DNA of 64,000 bases, from the NCBI GenBank assembly GCA_024704765.1, contig JAKMXF010000326.1:248001-312000 (forward strand), in the 5' to 3' direction. Every line of letters begins with the position of its first letter. Position 1 is the first letter of the stretch. Positions 26,288 through 40,486 of this stretch are shown here, piece after piece. The notes under the pieces were generated by a model that had not been told where the DNA came from, ran no database searches, and saw nothing but the letters and a program-made list of their open reading frames with translations. Both the position numbers and the translations under genes were made by a program. This stretch comes from Oopsacas minuta (taxonomy: Eukaryota; Animalia; Porifera).

Positions 26288-28154
26288 CAGTAGAAGTTCG
26301 CAAACCGTGGCACCTTGTTTCCATTGTATCCGTGCCCTTACTCTTCATTGTATTATTTCCCTTAGGATGCACTAAGCTGTATAAATTGTAGCAAATCAAT
26401 TCTGGACAACAACGCTTTGAACTTAGAACAACCAAATTTTATTAATTGCTTAGTTTTCCTTTTTACTATAAAAACTTCATGTCTACTATTAAATCTTCAC
26501 ACAAGTCTGCCCACACCATCGAACAACGATAAAATGCTCTTAGGATGTTGGATGATGGCAAGAGTGAGCGTATAGCGGCTGAATTCTTCAATGTGGGTAA
26601 GGGAACAATTAACCGTATCAAATCCAATTGCGTGGCGATTCAGTTGTATATGGACGAAGATATCGAGACTGCAGTTATTGAATTCCTGAAGTTAGCGCGA
26701 GATCGAGGAATGGCAGTAACTGGCCCTATGCTTCGTACCCTAGCTGAGAAAGAAGCTAATGCAAATAGAGTGGAGGGATTTAAGGCTTCAGAGTGACGGC
26801 TTTTGAGAGTGAAGGCGCACCATGGAATATGCGGAAGAGCACTTAGCGGGGATGCAGCAGGTGTTGAAAATGTGGTTCTCAAGAATGGGAAGAGGACTTA
26901 CTCAAGATCATTGGGTCTTATAAGCCGGAAGATATCTATAACCTAGATAAACTGGGTTATATTTCAGGGCAACAACCACCAAGTCCCTTGTTCTTCCTAA
27001 AGATACTGCTCATGGTATTAAACAGGACAAATCTCGCCTCACTCTCATTGTCTGTACATCCATGCTTAGTGAAAAAGAGAAAATACTCCTGATGTGGAAG
27101 AGCGAGAAACCAAGGGCTTTGAAAGGTGCAGACATGTCCAAATTACCTGTTGTGCACAAGGCTTAGAGGAAGGCATGGATGACTGCCCCTTATATTTTGC
27201 TCTTGGATGAAGGATTTCGACAACAGAATGTACAAATCAGGTAGGAAAATCCAAATGTTCATGGACAATGCAAATGGCCACAAAGCCTCTGATCAGCTTA
27301 GTTTAAAGGCAGTGCAGTTCTTATATTTCCCTTACAGCACCACGAGTTGCATCCAACCATTAGATGCCAGTAATATCCAGTCTCTCAAATTGCTATATCG
27401 TAAACAGGTGGATGAGCATCTATTGAAACATATAGTGAATATTGACAACATTAATAAACCCAACGATGACCCTTACAAAATGATCACAATAGCCCTTACT
27501 ATAGTTTGGGGATCTCGAGTCTGGAATTAAGTGAATGTCCGAACGATCTCCAAAAGCTTTTCAAAGTGCGGATTTGGATTTGCAACTGTTGTCCCCGAGC
27601 TACCCATGATCATAAATCCAGAGGAGATTCAAATCAGATAAAAGAAAATGACGAATGTGGGATTTTTCTCCCTGTAATCAGTCCTGATGAGCTCTTTGAG
27701 TAAGCGTTAATTAATGTGACCCAAAGGTTAAAATTCCATGACTTAGATTGTGGAATTGAATGCGATTCTTAGGGTGATTTATCTGAAGCTTTTCCTATCC
27801 CGACTTCAAAATCCGAACTAGAAGCCATTCAAGTGCTTCAGATGTACGACTTGGGTTGTGGTGATGAGGAAGTTCTTGGGGGAAATTTCAAGCTTGAAAA
27901 CTACTTGTTGGTAGTAGCTGCAAGACACAGCCAAGAACAAAAACAGTCCCAAATTAGTGACTATTTCGTCAGTGATCATAAGTAGGCCCAATATTGGTTG
28001 GAATGATCTATTAAACAATGTAATCATGTCTATTTAAGTGAAAAGAAGTCTAGACTGTAGCATAATCCAAATTCATTTTGAGAATATTGTGAAGCTCGCA
28101 AACCGGGGAACTTTTCAGAAACGTCAAGGTGCCCTGGTTTGCGAGCTTCTACTG
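26288..28154 (+). mobile_element. Full-length but decayed pogo/Tigger element
   Basis: TA TSDs; 29-bp TIR cagtagaagttcgcaaaccgtggcacctt / aaggtgccctggtttgcgagcttctactg. CENP-B HTH (ARDRGMAVTGPML), KSRLTLIVC, and MDNANGH..CIQPLD (D32D spacing). Stops and frameshifts. Confidence 0.92.
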
Positions 28155-29679
28155 TAACAGGTTGGGTCTATGAGCAACCACCGGAAAGCCTCTGTCAGAA
28201 GATCACCAAAGGACTAAGGCCGTGGAAAGCAGATTTCAATTGGTCGGATTAACCTACTTAAATATATAGAACCACCGAAATTCTTCCAGTTGATTGGAGA
28301 AATTCTATTAGCAGTCCAAATGTTGACCAAGTTTATATCCGAGGGACAGAAAAATGTAATCGCGAAGTTCGAATTATTCGGTGTAAATATTAGTATATCA
28401 AAAATACACATGTTCTAGCTCTAAAGTAGTACAATGACATGTATAATTACTAGGTTCTGCATATTCAAATTATACATGGCAATAAATATACGGGGTACGG
28501 GTATCTGAAATGGTGATCTCGGTCAAAGAATACGGACCCGACGAATTTTACAAGTTAGTTACAATAGGATATGTAAAATTCGACTGTTTAGAAAAAGATA
28601 TTTCCATCACAAGATCTTTTTGCAAGTGTGATCCAATAGGAATGTAGATGTCAAATACAATGGATAGATTCAATATTCCAGAGTTCATTTGATGTCAGGA
28701 GTGTGTCAAAAGTTATATGATGCCATACTAGCAACAATGTCTGAGAAAGAGATACTCACGCAAGAAATCTCTATTAAGAAATTAAAACATTCAACGTATA
28801 CCATGGAAACACCACTTTAAATATCGAGATCTTCCACCTCCATACAATCAATTGCGTGTTGTTTATGGATCACCACTGTAGACTGTAGAAAGTTTATCGA
28901 ACATCTTTGAATATAGAAGAGGAGATCTGTATGTTTTCTGGGTCTCGTTGAAACCTAGGCGACTATCCAAATACATCAGATGCATGGATACCGCCCTGCT
29001 ATTAAACCGATCGACATACACCCAGCTTTGAGATCAACGATAATTGTGACATCATAGTTTGTCAGATAATTGCTTATACAATTGTCCTGAAAAATTCGCT
29101 GAAAGTGATAACAATTTTCAGGAGGTTTGCTAACCCAAAAATATATAAGCTATCTACAGAATTCTCTTTACTAAAGCTGAGTACAAGTTTGAGAAAATCA
29201 CGGCCATAATCAAGGCAGAGGATATACCTAAATCTTGTAGATTATCGCAATATGTTTTACCATGAAATCTCTCAAGTAATGTATTGATTTCATTACATCC
29301 TTTATATAAGTTTGATACCTTACTTTACTGTGATCAAGACTAATGGAAAAGCACTCCATTATATTCTGGATGGTTGGAAAGTACAAGTTTATACAGTCGA
29401 AACTCATAAGATAGGGAGATCGGAAAGGAGGATAGTATGATATTACCTTCTCCCACTTATACCTTCAACTGAAAATGGATATTGATAAAGGATATTTCAG
29501 TTGTGTTGATTCAATGATATCTATAATCTATGATATTCCTGAGAAACCTAAAGATTTCAAATTCATTATAGCCATAAATAAGTTAATCATACAAATCAAG
29601 GAAATACTGTGCATATTTACATATGTTTGGTAAATATCAATTGATAATTGCCATTATTTACAAAGAGTGATATTTTAGA

Positions 29680-32450
29680 AGCGAATTCAGCAGGATTCAA
29701 ATCCACAAGAAAACACCTTTGACTCAAAAAGTATGAGTTGAATTTTGAAAAGCATCATAAAGGGTAAAGAGGAAAGTTGGTACATTTTATATCATCACAT
29801 ATAATGGTGAATTTTTTAATGTTAAGTAAGCAATTTTGCATAATATTCTGGTCGAGGATTTGTATTAATATATCCTAATATCTTTGTGATAACAACTTAT
29901 CCTTTTGATTATATTTACATCTCACTTTGTACATTGTGGACAATTCGAAATTAAAATGATCATTTTCAAAAAGTTAAGAACGCCGGAAATTTACATAGGT
30001 AATACATAGACGACTAATCTGCACTATAAATAATGAAGTAGTTTTGATCAAATTCCAAAAATAATATTAAAGATTCATTCACACAAAATTTTGTATGATC
30101 AAATTACTCACAAAATATTCGAAGTAAAAATCGTAGAAAAATATCCATGAAATGAATTATATCTATATGAGGGCAATTATTTTTTCAACGATAATTGCAG
30201 GGAATTCTCTAAGATATGTTTTAATGCCTGTTATCAGATAAGAAATTGTAAAAATAACAGTTTTCAACACTTTCCATCACCTTATATAGTTTCTGGGATC
30301 ATACATATAAATCCTTCACTATTATCAAATAAATTATCCAAAGCTTTGAAAATCTGATAACTTTGATGTAGTTTACATTTCTTACAGGTAGCAATTTGCG
30401 ATTCAGTATGTGGTGGACGAAAGATTGGTAAAACGTATTATATTATACTTAACTCAATAAATTCTTCATCAGAGAGTATGACACAGTCTTAATTTCTGGT
30501 GATTTGCAAATTTTACCCAACGTAGACAACTTCTGACGATAAATTTATGGATTTTTAACTACAGTTTGATCTCTAATAAATTGAGGAAATTCATATGTTG
30601 TTGAGTACAAATAGCCACAATGTTCTGTCTCTTAGACCATTTCATTACTTTTTTTCTTCAGAAATATCTCTTATTCACGTACGACCTTCAAACATTTATT
30701 AGCTCTGGGATGAAAGAAACATCGGAAGCGGAAATTCCACTTGTTATACCGGGATATAATACTCTAATGAAATCTCCAGTTATGAAAATGGTTTCTAATT
30801 CAAAATATCTAATTTAGCTATACGCATCCAGTTCTCTGAAATGGAGTTACTATAATACGAATAATTATTTCAAACTGAAAAACTGTGGGAACCTAATATA
30901 ATACCACCTCATAATGACAGAATAGGTAAGTAGTATGGTATAATATATTTTATAAGGTTAGGATTATTGCAAGGATTCGAATCAAATACTTTGTTGTGAT
31001 TATTATTGAAGCATTTTCACATAGTTTACCTATTTATACAAAATGTTGCCAAAAGGAGATCTGTATCTTTGGGTTTCACCATCCTTAATATGGATGGGAT
31101 CATTATCACCATGCTCATCGTCTAAACTTTCATTTGTAGCATCTAAATCATATTAACTGTCACAATTATAATACTCTAATGTTCGAATATGGGTAATACA
31201 TGTCATTAAGATATTTACTCATAAACACATAATACAATTAAGTAAAGACAGATCTAATTTGAGAAATATTAATAATATGCACCATATATCTAAATGATTA
31301 CAAACACAACTTTCTCATTTCATTATTTAAATTATATTTCTTATCAATGCGAAAGCCAATCCCATCCATTATATGGGGAGAACATAAATGGAGAATTACT
31401 TTTAATACTAGTTTCTGATTGGTAGAATTTGTATCCACTCTATTCAAACATTTATCAAGGTATGCATCGATATCATCTTTAAGAAATGCATTAGACACAC
31501 TATGAATTAACGCCCACCTGAAAACTATCTCAATTTGTCCTATGTAAATACCATAATTTAATATTCTCTTTGCATCAAGATACCATTTGTGCAGAAAATA
31601 ACTAATCCAGAGCTAGTATTACCAGAACTGATTATCTCTTCCAGAGGTACGGGACTGGTAGAAAGAGTTTAATGTTGTACTATGAGGACATAGTAAAATA
31701 CTTTGTGCTGGGAAGGTTCAATCATTAGAATGATTGAGCTAGTAGCATCTAGGTGAAGAATTATGCTTTTATCTTCAAAACATTTTAATATTTTAGATTT
31801 GATCTTCAGTATATACATGAATATTAAAGCGGTTATGTCCTTACGGCTGAATGTGCCCTCTAACATTACTACTCACTATAACATTCCAGAAATACTGTTG
31901 TAAACTAATCAATTCAATTGAATTATCATTAGAGTACCGCTGTAACTCGACAACAAATCAAATTTTGCATTCGATAATACGGAGGGGGCTTTTAAATCTA
32001 ATTAGATTGTCGAAACCAAGCGCTGAATTTCTTTACTATAGACTCGAATTGGCTCAAGAAATATTTACTCACAGATGTGTCTAATAATTATGTTGCTACT
32101 TTTAAACTAGTAGAATTACACAAATTTATCACGTAAGCAATGATATTATCATAATGTTGATCAGATAGAGTACCAGAAACCATGTAGTTCACGATTGTAC
32201 CACATTAATGTGACATTCAACAAGATCCTTGTGAATAATGAATGTAAAAGAAAAACAATTGTGAACTTTAGGCATTGCATTCGCTAAAATAAAACTCTTA
32301 GGTTTCTACATTTAGACATATTTATTTTGTGGGATTTAAAACAAAGTACACAATTAAATATTCCTTCCAATTTGGAATAAATTAAGTAAGTCCAATATTT
32401 TGAAAGTACAACACGATCACCCACGATTTTAGTCATATTTCCCAATTCTA
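29680..32450 (-). mobile_element. Second, divergent NOF/Foldback-like transposase remnant with OTU domain
   Basis: FNCVLCFKSHKINMSKCR, IILHLDATSSII..KVFYYVLIVQH, WALIHSVSNAF, LHLCSPHIM, SNSISENWMRIAK..GDFIRVLYPGI, then GDG[10-nt insert]NCYF..ISYLITG near 30281. Confidence 0.75.
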
Positions 32451-34374
32451 TAAAGTTAACAAAAAAAGCTACCAGTATTGTTCCATAGAGGTGGAATCAT
32501 CAATGATTACCTCAATCAGAATACCCCCATCATATAGGGCCTGGTAGATGTATTGATGGCAACAATAGTTTCTGAGTTACCCATATCAGGTGATAGTTTA
32601 GATAGCATATCTGGATGTGAATCAACTAACAAAGGAAAATTTTTCAAAAGTTAACCATAGCCATTTTTTCTGATACAGTTGAATGAAATGAAAAAATAAG
32701 ATCCAGGTTTCATGCACGATAAAGCAAAGTTGAGAAATTCCCAGAGTTGTGCAACTGTAAAATGAGATAAGCATTTCCAAACAATCAAATTTAGTCAGGA
32801 AATGTTGACAACTAATATCCATGCATCTAATAGGCAACTATGTCTCTTAACAAGCCATAAGTTGATATGCGCTCATTTAGAATCTAATTAAATATTCTGC
32901 ACTCGTCATAGAACCACTCAATAATGAGCATGAATTCGCTACTAATGGTGGACATTCTGATGCTAAAAATTTCAGTGCGTCTATCTATTGAAGATCATAA
33001 CAAGTAATAAATGTCCAAAAGAGAGTATAGGTGGCTTCAGTCTGAGGAGGAGAATAAGCAGGGTGTTCCTCAAACTATATAGTCTAGGTTGTTCGTAACC
33101 AAACGCTAATAAGCCTAAGAACTTGCGATTTGACATTTCCAGCTGGAAGCTACAAACACTAAGTATCTAATTGACCACTAATATCGCTATGATATAACTA
33201 TTAACGTATATACTACCCGAGTCTAACTTGGTGCTACGTGCTCTACAGCCAAACGAAATCAGTTCCGGATTCGCTATCCAACTTATGAATGCTACCTTCC
33301 TTACTTAGTTGTATATAATCCTAAAACTGATTGCGCTTTAGGTTGCATTGAAGTAGAGAGGAGTACGTGTGTTCGGCTTATTCTTATAGAATATGATAAT
33401 TGACAACTTTCCGCATAGTGAATCCGCCCTTCGCCTGTCTCTGTTATCCAAGGCTACATAAGTTTATCAAAATCATAGTAGCTGAGTTGGGTGATTGCAG
33501 TTACAAATAGTTCCAGAGATGTCATGATGAAATAGAATATAATACAATTGAACAATTGGGTGACAACGTTAAAAGGTTGGGAAACACTGAGTTAAGGTAA
33601 TGGATCTGATGTGATTAGTATAAAAAAGATATTTGAACTTCCCATTTCTAGTATTAGCGTTCATTATTTCATTATATAAATGTTTCAAAATAATTCCCAT
33701 TTTTGGTTTTCCCCTTATTCTGTAAAGTTAGTCGAAACTGATTGAATTCTTTTACCAGAATAATTTAAATACTTTATTGCCATAAAAATGAATTCATTGC
33801 CCAATAATTGAATACTTAGATTATATGCCAAAATAATGAATATACTTTCCATAATAACATTGTATTCAATGCATAGTGATTTTGCTGTATAAATGTTGCT
33901 TCAATACCTTGGCAACATACATTGCTCTAAACTTTGTATTATAAACTGTTGCGACGAATAACAATCCAATGATTATATAGAAACATATTTCAAGAATAAT
34001 TGAATGCTTCTAAGTACTTAGTTATGATTCCAAATCGATTATGCTTGTTTCAAGCATCTACGCAGTTCCATATTCTATAATCTAAGAATACATCAATAAT
34101 ACTGATGTATCAGCGTGGTGGAAAGATAATATCAATAGTATTACAGTCGTTAGAAACGAAATAAATCAATTGCAGTGTTGAAATTTGCTTGTTGGATGAT
34201 TATTACAGTCTTAATTCTTAATTAAATACAATGATCTAGATCTAAACTGACATAAATGGTCCAAACATTGAGAAGGAAGACATTTTATCTCAAGAATTTA
34301 GTCATGATTAGCAAATTTACAGCAACAATACTAAAGTAACCAATAGATAGTTACAAAGCATATAACACATCCAG

Positions 34375-34740
34375 CACAAATTGGACGTCTATGTAATTCC
34401 TATGTAGTGTTCGAGGGTTCATAACTTTTTCAAATTTAATATAGTAATTTCAAATTGGATTTATACAATGTACCAAGTGAGATGTAAATATATTTAAACG
34501 GATAAGTGGTTAACACAATTATTTAGGAGATATAAATAAAAACCTCGCCCAAAATATTATGCAAATTTGCTTACTCATCGTGAAAAATTTCATGATTATA
34601 AGTGATGATATGAAATGTACCAACTTTCTTCTTTACACTTGTATAGTTCTTTTCAAAATAGAATCCATCCTTTTTAGTAAAGTGTGTTTTAGTGGGGATT
34701 TGAATCATACTGAATCGGCTGCTAAGATAAAACTCGCTAT
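34375..34740 (+). mobile_element. Fragment of a third NOF-OTU family member (post-OTU region)
   Basis: Diverged inverted copy of ~29680-30030 (shared tgtac(a/c)aagtgagatgtaaatat, atattatgcaaa, gatgatat(a/g)aaatgtaccaacttt). Confidence 0.7.
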
Positions 34741-35321
34741 TACATTAGACAGTCGCTAATCCGAACCTCGTTAATCAGAATCCTCACTAATCCTCACAGG
34801 TCCGAAAGGTTATGCAACTTCTGGAACATGTTCGAAAATGTTCAAAAATAACAGATTTTGGGGAATTATAAAGGGGAGAAAAGATTTCAGTGGGACTCGG
34901 ATAATACGCACCCTGTCGGGAATACATTAGTGAGTACTAACTGAGTGTACGTGTTGTCCGAGTGTACCTCTTAGCCAGAATACGTCTTTTTCCGCGGTAT
35001 AATGGTTTGAAAAATTTCCGCCAACTTATAGCATCGTTACAATGGATTTGAAATAAACAATAAAATCATACGTGAATAATGTCTTTGGGGCAATAGGGTT
35101 TGTTCACAATAAAGGAATCATCAAAAGCAGACGAAATTGGTTCAATATAATTTCATACCTGACGGTATTCGATCATACACTAGACAGCAAATGTTTTAAA
35201 TCTTTGCTGTTGATTAATATTCTTTTAGGGACTATCGACTATGATGTTGCCGAAAAGATTATTAGCTTGCGTCTTGAATTTAGGGAATGGCATTATTGAT
35301 TTCAAAATTTTGCGATGTGTA

Positions 35322-35682
35322 CAGTGAATGCCGGTTATAAGAACATCGTCGGGAACTGGACGCAATGTTCTTATAACCGATATGTAGTACATAGTAGATT
35401 CAGTTTATGAAACACCTCATTTAAACACGTTGGGATATAGAAACCATATTAAAGAAAGGTATTTTTGTATCTTTTATATAATAAATTCCGATTCTACGAA
35501 CATACTTGTAATGAGAACCAATTTTAATATTACACTAAGGGTGATCTAGTAACCGACATATAATGTTCTTATAACCGATGAATATTCCATGGAATAAAAT
35601 ACAAAAGATTCCGTAATTCAAGTTGTGGTTCTTATTACTGGCATGTTCTTATAACCGGTGTTCTTATATCCGGCATTTATTG
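35322..35682. mobile_element. pogo/Tigger-type MITE
   Basis: TA TSDs; TIR cagtgaatgccggttataagaaca / tgttcttatatccggcatttattg; subterminal gttcttataaccg repeats. Confidence 0.85.
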
Positions 35683-38600
35683 TATTTCCAAAAATGCATA
35701 CCATGATACCAGAATATTGATGTTTTAATTGGTATAAATGTTCAATGCAAATTCTTTCGTCAACTATACGCAATATGCACATTGTAGCATTTTACCTATA
35801 GATAGGTCATGTAGTAATCGAGTTATTTGAAATTCAAATCTGTCGGTCAGGTGGCCCAACACCAAGATTTCCGTGGGAACGGAATATCAATCCCATACCT
35901 ACCGCATCAAAATAAGAATTCCCAAAGTTTTGCAAGGGAATTTCGATTCCCAAGGCAAACCTGTACCAAATCAACAATGCTACGTCAATTTTGAAATGTA
36001 CAAATACAGGGTTAGGACAGTGGCATAACCAGTGTATTGGGTCTAACCGGATGAAAGCTGGCAGCAGAATATATCGGAGCTGCGATTCAATAAACTATTA
36101 GTTAAATAAATTACGTGATATTCGGTATCGATGCGTAGGCCTTGGAGAGCATACAAAGAGTTTAGCAGTTCCTTACATGAGTTGGTTGCGTTCCCTGGGT
36201 CCTGAAAATGCACAACCTACCCAAACTACAACTACCGCCCAGCAAATTTAGCACTAAAAACGATAATTCGTGAAATAGTTTAGTAGAATTTCCCGCTCTT
36301 AGATGTTAGTTCTATCAAGTTAACAAGGTGGAACCAAAACTAGACTGCTTATAGAGGTTTTCTATTTATAGAAACCCCCTAATTGAGGTTATACTGTACA
36401 ACGAATTAGGAATTCTACTTCATGTGGGCTATTGACAACGGGTAGCGATGGAAATAATTACACTAGCCGCTAGAAAAAATTTCCATTGGTGTTGGCCACA
36501 TGTAGTTGGTATAGAGTGTAAACTACTTGTGGGAATAATTGTATGTGTTTCCAATCAATCTAAGAATCGGTATCGAATTCAAAATTTAGAAATTTATACG
36601 AATTCTTAGAAATTTCTTATAATATGGCCTACATTTGATAAGAAATATTCCCAGAACGTTACTGAACAAGATGCTTGGATACTTAAGAATGATTACGAAT
36701 TCCTAATGTTTAAGTTTCTCATATGGAAATTTGTCAGATATAAATTTCATAAATATTGATATTATACTTAGGCTAATTCGAGGCACGAAGATTTCGCAGC
36801 AGTGCAGAACAAGCTAGTGGGGCAAATTGGTTTATTAGTGGAGTAGCGAATATGGTTCTGACTGGTGCTAAAGCACCACTTACCGGATATACTTGTGAGG
36901 TGATTGATACTTTCAAGTGTCTGAGCGGCGCTATAAAAATAAATTTGTAGGATAGATGGTAATATTTTAACTCTATCTTAGTGTCATACAAATTCTAGAA
37001 TTTCCTAGGTTTATTTTAGAAAACTAGATTATCATGGTAGCATGTATGAATTATATCATCTTCATAATGAAAAATCATCAGCACCATACATTACCTTAAG
37101 AACAATGGTGTAACCACTAGTGGCGTAAGGCTGGATACGCAATTGTGATTTATATAATGAGATTATGAGAAAGCAAATATTGGAACGAAAAATACAACAA
37201 ATATATTGTAAATTTATGAATTTCAAATGCATATGTAGAACCTACCAATCGGAATTACACTAGACCACAAAGCATATGAGAATTTACTGCTGAGATATGG
37301 GTGTGAGTATATCTTGACCAATTAAACCATTAATGGTCCAAGTTGTAGAGAAGCATTGAAGATTATGGGATATTACAAAATAACTTGAAGGACAAATTTC
37401 CCTAAAGAATAAGAAATTCAAGGATGTAAGAATATTTTTCGAAATATGATGTATGATAATGTATTTCATGTGTCTATACAAAAAAGAGATCTATGGTAAT
37501 TCATAAGTGTAGATTCTCAAATATGCAGTCAGATTTGAGGCAATGACAATATATTTGTTGATAAACGAGGAACAAAGGTAGTAAATTAGCTCATTATCTA
37601 AATAAATGCTTTTATACAACATATATTTACATAAATTCCTAAATTATAATCTATCTGTATATGTTTATATCCAGAATCCATTGAAGAGACTGGCAGACCC
37701 CAGGCCGAATCTTCGGAAAACAGAGGTATTTGGGTCTGCATCAGATAGGCTCGAGTTTTCACAATAATGACAAACTATAGAAGTAATTGTCAACTCCCGG
37801 GATATCGAAAAATCCAGAAAAAATAAATGTAGGATAGTTGATATGAGAATCACAGATACCAATGAATTAGATTCATCCCATGACGTCAGAGTGTTTGCAC
37901 GAAGGACACTCAACATGTACTGATTTAGTCATCATAAAAGTACAAATAATTTCCAAATTCGAAAATTTTGAAAAATGTTGAGTACTCGAGACAATTATGA
38001 CGAGATCAATGACTCAAAGCTACAGGGTGACACAGAAGTTCTACAACAAATTTCAGTCTTAGTATTCAATAGTAAACCCTAATTCAAATCTTGGTTCTAC
38101 TATGTATATCCAATTAACACACTATTATATTATAGCTCCTACTATATTTGATCATTCAGTATGATTATGTCTGGAGTATCAGAATTTCAACAAAAGCGCT
38201 CTGCTGTTATTCAATTATTTCTCAATGGTAAAAGCAAAGCCAGATACTAAGAACCCTTGGTTCAACCGAATACACAAGATCTTTTATATCTCGAACAATT
38301 AACCGCTATAACGAGATGGGAAAGATCACAGATCTTCAACGATCAGGGCGACCACGCACGGTCAGGACGCCTGCTAACAAGAAGAAGATTCGGCATATTT
38401 TGAACCGTCGACCGACAATGTCGACCCGGAAGGTCGCCGCAAAAGTTAGGATTGACAGAGAATCTGTTCGGCGAATAATTCATAAGGATTTAGGCATAAA
38501 ATGTTTCAAACGAACAAAGGTAGAGTCTTTATCCCCAAACTATTTCAAAGAGGATACAAAAATGCCGAAAACTGCAGGCCTGGCTCAAAAATGTTAAATG

Positions 38601-39517
38601 TGAATCAATTGTCTTTTCAGACGAAAAAAAATTCCGTATAGAGGAAAAGTACAACTCCTAAAATTCGTGTGTTTATTCCCTTACACGAAAGGATAACCCA
38701 GAGAAATTTCGGACTGTCCAGAAAACACAACACCCTAAAAGCATTATGGTTTGGGCAGGAATCTCAGCAAAGGGAAAACCCCCTTAGTATTCATGCCAGA
38801 TGGATTAAAAATTAATGCCGATTTGTACATGAACAAAATTTTGAAAAGATATGTTCTTCCTATCAGTTCAACCTTCATGAAAACACGCAATGGGTATTCC
38901 AACAGGATGGTGCACCAGCCCATACAGCGAAAGTGTCACAAGATTGGTTTCAACAAATTTACCAGGCTTTTTATCCCGTATCGATTGGCCTCCTGCAAGT
39001 CCAGATCTAAACCCTTGCGACTATTATTTATGGGGGAGATTAAAGGAATTAGTGAATAATAGAGCATACGATAATATTCCAGCACTTAAACAGGCTTTGC
39101 CCAAAGTTTAGTCTGAATTAGACCAAGATGAAGTAGCTCGGGCCTGCAATTTGTTCCCAGACAGAGTGAGAAGTTGTCTGAAGGCACGAGCGAATAGATT
39201 TGAAATGAACTAAATTAAAACTGTATTGAAATTATGTAATCAGGGGCCGTATTCACTAAGCATACTTAAACCGTATTCACTAAGATTGGTATTCACTAAG
39301 ATTTAAGCTCATACTTAAGTATGTACTTAAGTACAAAAGTTAAATAACCTACCGAGGTTGCTTAAGTTATTCAAGCTCTATTTTAAGTTTCCAAACATAT
39401 TATATTTATCGATAACATTGATGTAATCACTTCAATCACTCGTTTTCTTTGATTAATTCATACTTTCACTATAAATTATGATTTTCTATGATGTTACAAT
39501 ATGACTAAATCGTATAT

Positions 39518-40237
39518 CTAAAGCTGCTGCTGTTGATCATTTTCTAAAAGTCTCTGCTTTTTATGACGATAATACTCCCTCTGCTCTTCAATCAGCTGTA
39601 GTTGAGCCGAGAATACTTCCATCTGTTTAAGGAGCACTTCTCGTTGCAGAGGAAGTAAATCAGAGACCTTTGTTGACTGTTCGATGCTCCTCTTACGCCT
39701 ACGCCTTCCCTCTGCACGACTGTTAACTACAGTAACTTCTGGTCCCTCAAACACTGGTGTTACTTCTCTGCTTTCGCTAATCTCAGTGTGTGAAGGCAAT
39801 GCTGTTGGGGCTAGAAACATATCAACGCTACCACATATTCCAGTGAACGCTGGCGTACTCGAGAACATCTGTGATACTCTCTCCGTCACAGATGTGGGTA
39901 ATTCCCTATCGGAGCTAAGGATCCGGATGTCTTCATCCTCCACTTCACCAGCTTCATTTGGCCCTCCTCCTGTCTTCCACGCTTCCCTTCGACTGGAATC
40001 CACACGGGCTTTTGCGGAACCTTTTAGATTGTTCCACTTCTTCTTAATATCTTTCACATCTCGGTTGTTGCCATGGATGGAATTGATTTTCCTCATAACA
40101 TTGTTCCAAAGCCTCGTCTTTTTTTTGTTTATCTCCGCGCACTGACCAGCAGTACCTCTCAATATATCTCCAGCATCCTCGATTGCCTCAATGAGTGTAT
40201 ACTCCTCCTCCTTTGTCCATACTCTTGCTTTGGAATA
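39518..40237 (-). CDS. Harbinger Myb/SANT-like (trihelix) DNA-binding protein, main exon; start codon must lie in an upstream exon
   Basis: Open frame KARVWTKEEEYTLIEAI..KKKTRLWNNVMRKINS..RDVKDIKKKWNNLK..KTGGGP and a C-terminal coiled coil; in-frame TGA at 40240-40238 and no in-frame ATG before the helix. Confidence 0.85.
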   Translation of the reverse strand, partial: YSKARVWTKEEEYTLIEAIEDAGDILRGTAGQCAEINKKKTRLWNNVMRKINSIHGNNRDVKDIKKKWNNLKGSAKARVDSSRREAWKTGGGPNEAGEVEDEDIRILSSDRELPTSVTERVSQMFSSTPAFTGICGSVDMFLAPTALPSHTEISESREVTPVFEGPEVTVVNSRAEGRRRRKRSIEQSTKVSDLLPLQREVLLKQMEVFSAQLQLIEEQREYYRHKKQRLLENDQQQQL

Positions 40238-40486
40238 TCAATAACCTCCACCAATTTATAGTTTTCATAATGCAACAACTAGCTCCCAATTCAAGTACGA
40301 TACTTGATACATTTCACAAATAAATATCCCAACTACAAAGACCAACATCCTACTTAGATGTTTCAAAACTACAAAGACCAACACCCTACTTAGATGTTTC
40401 AAAACTACAATTTCCATGTTACCTTATAATCATTAACTGTGCAAAATGTTTACATATCTACATCACAACATATATACTATGTGAAT

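Noticed and set aside
37665-37916. 83-aa minus-strand ORF with a somewhat GC-richer composition
   Set aside because: No recognisable domain or convincing splice context on either strand.
39684-40145. 153-aa plus-strand ORF
   Set aside because: Antisense shadow of the Harbinger Myb ORF with no recognisable motif.
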